The translations under genes were made by a program, and so were the position numbers. A model generated the notes under the pieces. It saw nothing but the letters and a program-made list of their open reading frames with translations. It did no database searches and was not told the origin of the DNA. Shown here one piece after another: positions 56,999-64,000 of a stretch of 64,000 nt of DNA. Source of the stretch: the human T2T-CHM13v2.0 reference genome, Homo sapiens; NCBI RefSeq assembly GCF_009914755.1, contig NC_060948.1, one strand, 5' to 3'. Numbering within the stretch: position 1 is the stretch's first letter; the number at the start of each line of letters is the position of its first letter.

Positions 56999-59900
56999 GA
57001 ATTCATTGGAATGGAAGGGAATGTAGTGTAATGGACAGGCCTGGAATAAAGTGGAATGCTACGGTCTCGAATGGAATAAAAATGTATGGAATGGAATGCA
57101 ATGAAATGGAATCGAATGTCATAGAATGTAATGGAATGCAAAAAAATGGAATCCAAAATCATTGACTGGAAAGGCTGGGTGTCGAAAGGAATTGACTCCA
57201 ATGGAATGGAATCGAATGGAATGGAAGTGAATAGAATCGAACTAAATCGAATGGAATGGAATTGATAGGAACGGAATGGAAAGGAATGCAATGATTTGGC
57301 ATGGAATGGAATCGAATGGCATCGAATGGAATGGAATGGAATGCAATGGAATGGAATGTATTAGAATGTAATGAACTTTAATGGAATGTACTCGAATGGA
57401 TTCGACTGGAATGGAATGTTCTGGAAGTGAATGGACTCCAATGGAATGGATTCAAAAGGAATGCAATCGCACGGAATGGAATCTAATGGAATGGAATTAA
57501 ATGGAAATGAATCAAATTGAATAGCACGGAATTGAATTGAATGGAATGGAATGCAATGGAATCTAATGAAACGGAAAGGAAAGGAATGGAATGGAATGGA
57601 ATGGGCTGGAATGGAAAGGAATCGAAACGAATGGAATGGAATCGAACTGAAGAGACTGGAATGGAATGCACTGGAATGGAAGGGAGTGTAACGGAAGGTT
57701 CTCGAAAAAATGGAATCGAATGGAATGGAATTGAATGGAACGGAATAGAGTCGAATGGAATTGAATGGAATGGAATGGACTAGAGTGAAATGGAATCGAA
57801 CCACAAGGAATGGACAGGAATAGAATGGTCTCGAATTGAATGGAATCGTATGGAATGGCATCAAACGGAATGGAATGGACAGCCACGGAATGGAATGCAC
57901 TCGAATGCAATGGAGTCGAAACTAATGGACTGGAATAGAATGGACTCGACTGGTACGGACTCCAATGGAATGGAATCGAATGGAAGGGAATCGAACGGAA
58001 TGGACTCGAAGGGAAAAGACTGCAATGGAAAGGTCTCGAATGGAATGGAAATTAATGGAATGGAATGGAATCGAATGAAATGGAGTCAAAAGGAATGGAA
58101 TCGAATGGCAAGAAATCGAATGTAATGGAATCGCAAGGAATTGATGTGAACGGAACGGAATGGAATGGAATCCAAAGGAATGGAATAGAATGGAATGGAA
58201 TCGAATGGAAAGGACTCGAATGGAAATCACTCGAATAGAATGCAATTTAATAAAATAGGATCAAATGTAATGGAATGGAATGGAAAGGAATCGAAACGAA
58301 AGGAATGGAGACAGATGGAATGGAATGGAACAGAGAGCAATGGTATAGAATGGAATGGAATCATCTGGAATGGAATTGAATGGAATGGAATAATATGAAA
58401 TGGAATGGAATGGAATGGAATGGAATGCCCTTGAATTAAATGGACTGGAATGGAATGGACTCGAACAGAGTGGAATGGAAAGTGTTGAGATAGAATGGAA
58501 TGGACTCCTTTGGAATGGTGTAGTATGCAATGCAATCGACTGGCAGGGAATCAAAAGGAATGTAATCGAATGGAATGGACTGGAATGCAATGGACTCGAA
58601 TAGATTGGAAACGGAATGCAAAGGAATGGAATGGAATAGTATGGAATGGAATGGAAAGGAATGGAGTGGAATAGACTAGAGTGGAATGGAATGGACTGGA
58701 AAGCAATGGACTGGAATGGAACTTTCTTGAATGGACTGGAATCAAACGGAATGGAATGCAATACAATCAAATGGCATGGAATAAAATAGAATGAAAGAGA
58801 ATCAAATGGAATTGAATCGAATGGAATCGAATGGATTGGAAAGGAATAGAATGGAATGGAATGGAATTGACTCAAATGGAATGGACTAGAATGGAATGGA
58901 TTCGAATGGAAGGCAAAGGAATGGAATCTATTGGAATGGACTGTAATGGAATGGAATGGAAGGGATTGGAATGGACTCGAATGGAATGGACTGCAATAGA
59001 AAGGATTCGAATGGAATGAAAAAAATTGAATGGAATAGAACAGAATGGAATCAAATCGAATGAAATGGAATGGAATAGAAAGGAATGGAATGAAATGGAA
59101 TGGAAAGGATTCGAATGGAATGCAATCGAATGGAATGGAATCGAACGGAATGGAATAAAATGGAAGAAAACTGGCAAGAAATGGAATCGAAATGAATGGA
59201 GTGTTACGGAACGGACTCAAAAGGAATTGAATGTAATAGAATGGAGTGGAGTGGACTCGAATATAATGGACTGGAATGGAATGAAATCACATGGAATGGG
59301 AACGAATGGAATGGAATGGAAAGGAATGGAATCGAATGGAAAGGAATCGAATGGAAGGGAATGAAATTGAATCAACAGGAATGGAAGGGAATAGAATAGA
59401 CGGTAATGGAATGGACTCGAATAGAATGGACACGAATGCTCAAATTGAATGGACTGGAATGGAATGGAAATGAAAGGAATGTCATCGAATGGAATTGAAT
59501 CGATTGGAATGAAATCGCATAGAATGGAGTGGAATCAAATGGAATTGAATCGAAAGGAAAGGAAGCGAATGGACTGAAATGAAATGGAATGGAATTGAAT
59601 GGAAAGTAATGCAATGGAATAGAATGGAACGAAATTTCACGGAATGGAATCAAACTGAATGGAATCAAATCAATGGAATCAAATCAAATGGAATGGAAAG
59701 GAATTGAATGGAGTAGATTGGATTGGATGGGATTGGAATGAAATGTACTGGAAAGGACTCGAATTTCATGAAACGGAATGGAATGAATTGGAACGGAATG
59801 GACTCGAATGGAATGGAATGTCATGGAATGGCATCAAATGGAATGGCATCAAAGGGAATGGAATCGAATGCAATGGAATGCTATGGAATGGAATGGAATG

Positions 59901-60565
59901 CATTGGAATGGAATGTCCTCTAATGGAATGGATTCGAGTGGAATGGAATCGAATATAATGGAGTCGAATGAAATGGAATTGAAAGGAATGGGATCGAATA
60001 CAATGGAATATACTGGAATGTAATGTAATGAACTCGAATGTAATTGACTGGAATGGAATGTACATGAATGGAATGTAATCGAATGGAAAGTAATCCAATG
60101 GAATAGAATCTAATGCAATAAAACCGACTCAGATAGAGTAGAATGTAATGGAATGGAGTGCAGTGCAATGGAAGGGAATGGAATTGAATGCAATGGAATG
60201 GAATGGAATGGAATGGAATAGAATGGAATGGAATGCAATGGGATGGAATGGTATGGAATGGATAGTAATGGACTGGAGTGAAATGGACTGGAAAGGAATG
60301 GACTCAAATTGAAAGGGCTCGAAAGGAATGGAGTCAAATGGAATGGTCTGGAATAGAATGAACACGAAAGTAATGCAATCCAATAGAATGGAATCGAATG
60401 GCATGGAATATAAAGAAATGGAATCGAAGAGAATGGAAACAAATGGAATGGAATTGAATGGAATGGAATTGAATGGAATGGGAACGAATGGAGTGAAATT
60501 GTATGCAGTAGAAGGGAATAGAATGGAATGCAAGCGAAAGGAAAGGAATGGATTGGAATGGAATG
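56999..60565 (+). repeat. DYZ1 unit U17 (3567 bp)
   Basis: Landmark spacing 57165 to 60732; two 1-bp deletions in A-rich runs (~57708, ~59022). Confidence 0.92.
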
Positions 60566-63500
60566 GAATTCATTGGAATGGAAGGGAATGTAGTGTAATG
60601 GACAGGCCTGGAATAAAGTGGAATGCTACGGTCTCGAATGGAATAAAAATGTATGGAATGGAATGCAATGAAACGGAATCGAATGTCATAGAATGTAATG
60701 GAATGCAACAAAATGGAATCCAAAATCATTGACTGGAAAGGCTGGGTGTCGAAAGGAATTGACTCCAATGGAATGGAATCGAATGGAATGGAAGTGAATA
60801 GAATCGAACTAAATCGAATGGAATGGAATTGATAGGAACGGAATGGAAAGGAATGCAATGATTTGGCATGGAATGGAATCGAATGGCATCGAATGGAATG
60901 GAATGGAATGCAATGGAATGGAATGTATTAGAATGTAATGAACTTTAATGGAATGTACTCGAATGGATTCGACTGGAATGGAATGTTCTGGAAGTGAATG
61001 GGCTCCAATGGAATGGAATCAAAAGGAATGGAATCGTACGGAATGGAATCTAATGGAATGGAATTAAATGGAAATGAATCAAATTGAATAGCACGGAATT
61101 GAGTTGAATGGAATCGAATGCAATGGAATCTAATGAAACGGAAAGGAAAGGAATGGAATGGAATGGAATGGGCTGGAATGGAAAGGAATCGAAACGAATG
61201 GAATGGAATCGAACTGAAGAGACTGGAATGGAATGCACTGGAATGGAAGGGAGTGTAATGGAAGGTTCTCGAAAGAAATGGAATCGAATGGAATGGAATT
61301 GAATGGAACGGAATAGAGTCGAATGGAATTGAATGGAATGGAATGGACTAGAGTGAAATGGAATCGAACCACAAGGAATGGACAGGAATAGAATGGTCTC
61401 GAATTGAATGGAATCCTATGGAATGGCATCAAACGGAATGGAATGGACAGCCACGGAATGGAATGCACTCGAATGCAATGGAGTCGAAACTAATGGACTG
61501 GAATAGAATGGACTCGACTGGTACGGACTCCAATGGAATGGAATCGAATGGAAGGGAATCGAACGGAATGGACTCGAAGGGAAAAGACTGCAATGGAAAG
61601 GTCTCGAATGGAATGGAAATTAATGGAATGGAATGGAATCGAATGAAATGGAGTCAAAAGGAATGGAATCGAATGGCAAGAAATCGAATGTAATGGAATC
61701 GCAAGGAATTGATGTGAACGGAACGGAATGGAATGGAATCCAAAGGAATGGAATAGAATGGAATGGAATCGAATGGAAAGGACTCGAATGGAAATCACTC
61801 GAATAGAATGCAATTTAATAAAATAGGATCAAATGTAATGGAATGGAATGGAAAGGAATCGAAACGAAAGGAATGGAGACAGATGGAATGGAATGGAACA
61901 GAGAGCAATGGTATAGAATGGAATGGAATCATCTGGAATGGAATTGAATGGAATGGAATAATATGAAATGGAATGGAATGGAATGGAATGGAATGCCCTT
62001 GAATTAAATGGACTGGAATGGAATGGACTCGAACAGAGTGGAATGGAAAGTGTTGAGATAGAATGGAATGGACTCCTTTGGAATGGTGTAGTATGCAATG
62101 CAATCGACTGGCAGGGAATCAAAAGGAATGTAATGGAATGGATTGGAGTGGAATGCAATGGACAGGAATAGATTGGAAACGGAATGCAAAGGAATGGAAT
62201 GGAATAGTATGGAATGGAATGGAAAGGAATGGAGTGGAATAGACTAGAGTGGAATGCAATGGACTGGAAAGCAATGGACTGGAATGGAACTTTCTTGAAT
62301 GGACTGGAATCAAACGGAATGGAATGCAATGCAATCAAATGGCATGGAATAAAATAGAATGAAAGAGAATCAAATGGAATTGAATCGAATGGAATCGAAT
62401 GGATTGGAAAGGAATAGAATGGAATGGAATGGAATGGACTCAAATGGAATGGACTAGAATGGAATGGATTCGAATGGAAGGCAAAGGAATGGAATCTATT
62501 GGAATGGACTGTAATGGAATGGAATGGAAGGGATTGGAATGGACTCGAATGGAATGGACTGCAATAGAAAGGATTCGAATGGAATGAAAAAGAATTGAAT
62601 GGAATAGAACAGAATGGAATCAAATCGAATGAAATGGAATGGAATAGAAAGGAATGGAATGAAATGGAATGGAAAGGATTCGAATGGAATGCAATCGAAT
62701 GGAATGGAATCGAACGGAATGGAATAAAATGGAAGAAAACTGGCAAGAAATGGAATCGAAATGAATGGAGTGTTATGGAACGGACTCAAAAGGAATTGAA
62801 TGTAATAGAATGGAGTGGAGTGGACTCGAATATAATGGACTGGAATGGAATGAAATCACATGGAATGGGAACGAATGGAATGGAATGGAAAGGAATGGAA
62901 TCGAATGGAAAGGAATCGAATGGAAGGGAATGAAATTGAATCAACAGGAATGGAAGGGAATAGAATAGAGGGTAATGGAATGGACTCGAATAGAATGGAC
63001 ACGAATGCTCAAATTGAATGGACTCGAATGGAATGGAAACGAAAGGAATATCATCGAATGGAATTGAATCGATCGGAATGAAATCGCATAGAATGGAGTG
63101 GAATCAAATGGAATTGAATCGAAAGGAAAGGAAGCGAATGGACTGAAATGAAAAGGAATGGAATTGAATGGAAAGTAATGCAATGGAATAGAATGGAACG
63201 AAATTTCACGGAATGGAATCAAACTGAATGGAATCAAATCAATGGAATCTAATCCAATGGAATGGAAAGGAATTGAATGGAGTAGATTGGATTGGATGGG
63301 ATTGGAATGAAATGTACAGGAAAGGACTCGAATTTAATGAAACGGAATGGAATGAATTGGAACGGAATGGACTCGAATGGAATGGAATGTCATGGAATGG
63401 CATCAAATGGAATGGCATCAAATGGAATGGAATCGAATGCAATGGAATGCTATGGAATGGAATGGAATGCATTGGAATGGAATGTCCTCTAATGGAATGG

Positions 63501-64000
63501 ATTCGAGTGGAATGGAATCGAATATAATGGAGTCGAATGAAATGGAATTGAAAGGAATGGGATCGAATAGAATGGAATATACTGGAATGTAATGTAATGA
63601 ACTCGAATGTAATTGACTGGAATGGAATGTACATGAATGGAATGTAATCGAATGGAAAGTAATCCAATGGAATAGAATCTAATGCAATAAAACCGACTCA
63701 GATAGAGTAGAATGTAATGGAATGGAGTGCAGTGCAATGGAATGGAATGGAATTGAATGCAATGGAATGGAATGGAATGGAATGGAATGGAATGGAATGG
63801 AATGGGATGGAATGGTATGGAATGGATAGTAATGGACTGGAGTGAAATGGACTGGAAAGGAATGGACTCAAATTGAAAGGGCTCGAAAGGAATGGAGTCA
63901 AATGGAATGGTCTGGAATGGAATGAACACGAATGTAATGCAATCCAATAGAATGGAATCGAATGGCATGGAATATAAAGAAATGGATTCGAAGAGAATGG
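60566..64000 (+). repeat. DYZ1 unit U18 (partial, runs off window)
   Basis: GAATTC at 60566; collinear with other units up to the window end. Confidence 0.92.

Larger units (their letters stand above)
1..64000 (+). repeat. DYZ1: Human Satellite 3 (GGAAT/CATTC-derived) tandem array, DYZ1-type (Yq12), ~18 head-to-tail copies of a ~3.56-kb unit
   Basis: Continuous degenerate GGAAT pentamers in a single orientation. Distinctive landmarks (GAATTC; GACAGGCCTGG; AAGGCTGGGTGTCG; GCCCTTGAATTAAAT) recur every 3524-3589 bp. One EcoRI and one conserved HaeIII site per unit and a ~3564-bp length fit the known DYZ1 unit. HSat3 identity is near certain; the Y/DYZ1 assignment is from recognition. Confidence 0.95.

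Noticed and set aside
8-63968. Several hundred ORFs of 60-418 aa on both strands
   Set aside because: GGAAT/ATTCC repeats contain no stop codon in any frame, so long ORFs are expected. They overlap in all frames, are low complexity, recur with the repeat, and are freely broken by 5-, 8- and 10-bp indels.
1-64000. CRISPR-like or other repeat-spacer array
   Set aside because: There are no unique spacers: the diverged segments are themselves mutated pentamers repeated in each unit, and no associated genes are present.
1-64000. HSat2, DYZ2/HSat1B, Alu/L1 insertion or inversion breakpoint
   Set aside because: GGAAT-dominated sequence without the HSat2 GAATCATCGAATGG backbone, no AT-rich or Alu block, and no strand switch. 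All unit lengths lie within 65 bp of each other, leaving no room for a sizeable insertion.
1-64000. A novel gene-encoded biological system
   Set aside because: No non-satellite sequence was found anywhere in the window, so such a claim would be unsupported.

Overview
The whole 64 kb is one uninterrupted Human Satellite 3 array with the (GGAAT)n strand on +. It is organised as a head-to-tail ~3.56-kb unit: 17 complete copies plus partial copies at both ends, each with one EcoRI site and one conserved HaeIII/StuI site. Unit length (3524-3589 bp; two units are exactly 3564 bp) and site pattern match DYZ1 of human Yq12 heterochromatin. This assignment comes from recognition, not a database search. 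I see no genes, RNA genes, transposons, DYZ2 blocks, inversions or unique sequence, and all ORFs in the track are by-products of the pentamer. I find no new gene-based biological system. The points worth follow-up are (i) two invariant and one polymorphic perfect heat-shock element (nGAAnnTTCnnGAAn) per unit, and (ii) a readable history of monomer and dimer duplications, mosaic units and slippage tracts. Units U1-U18 are numbered from EcoRI sites.
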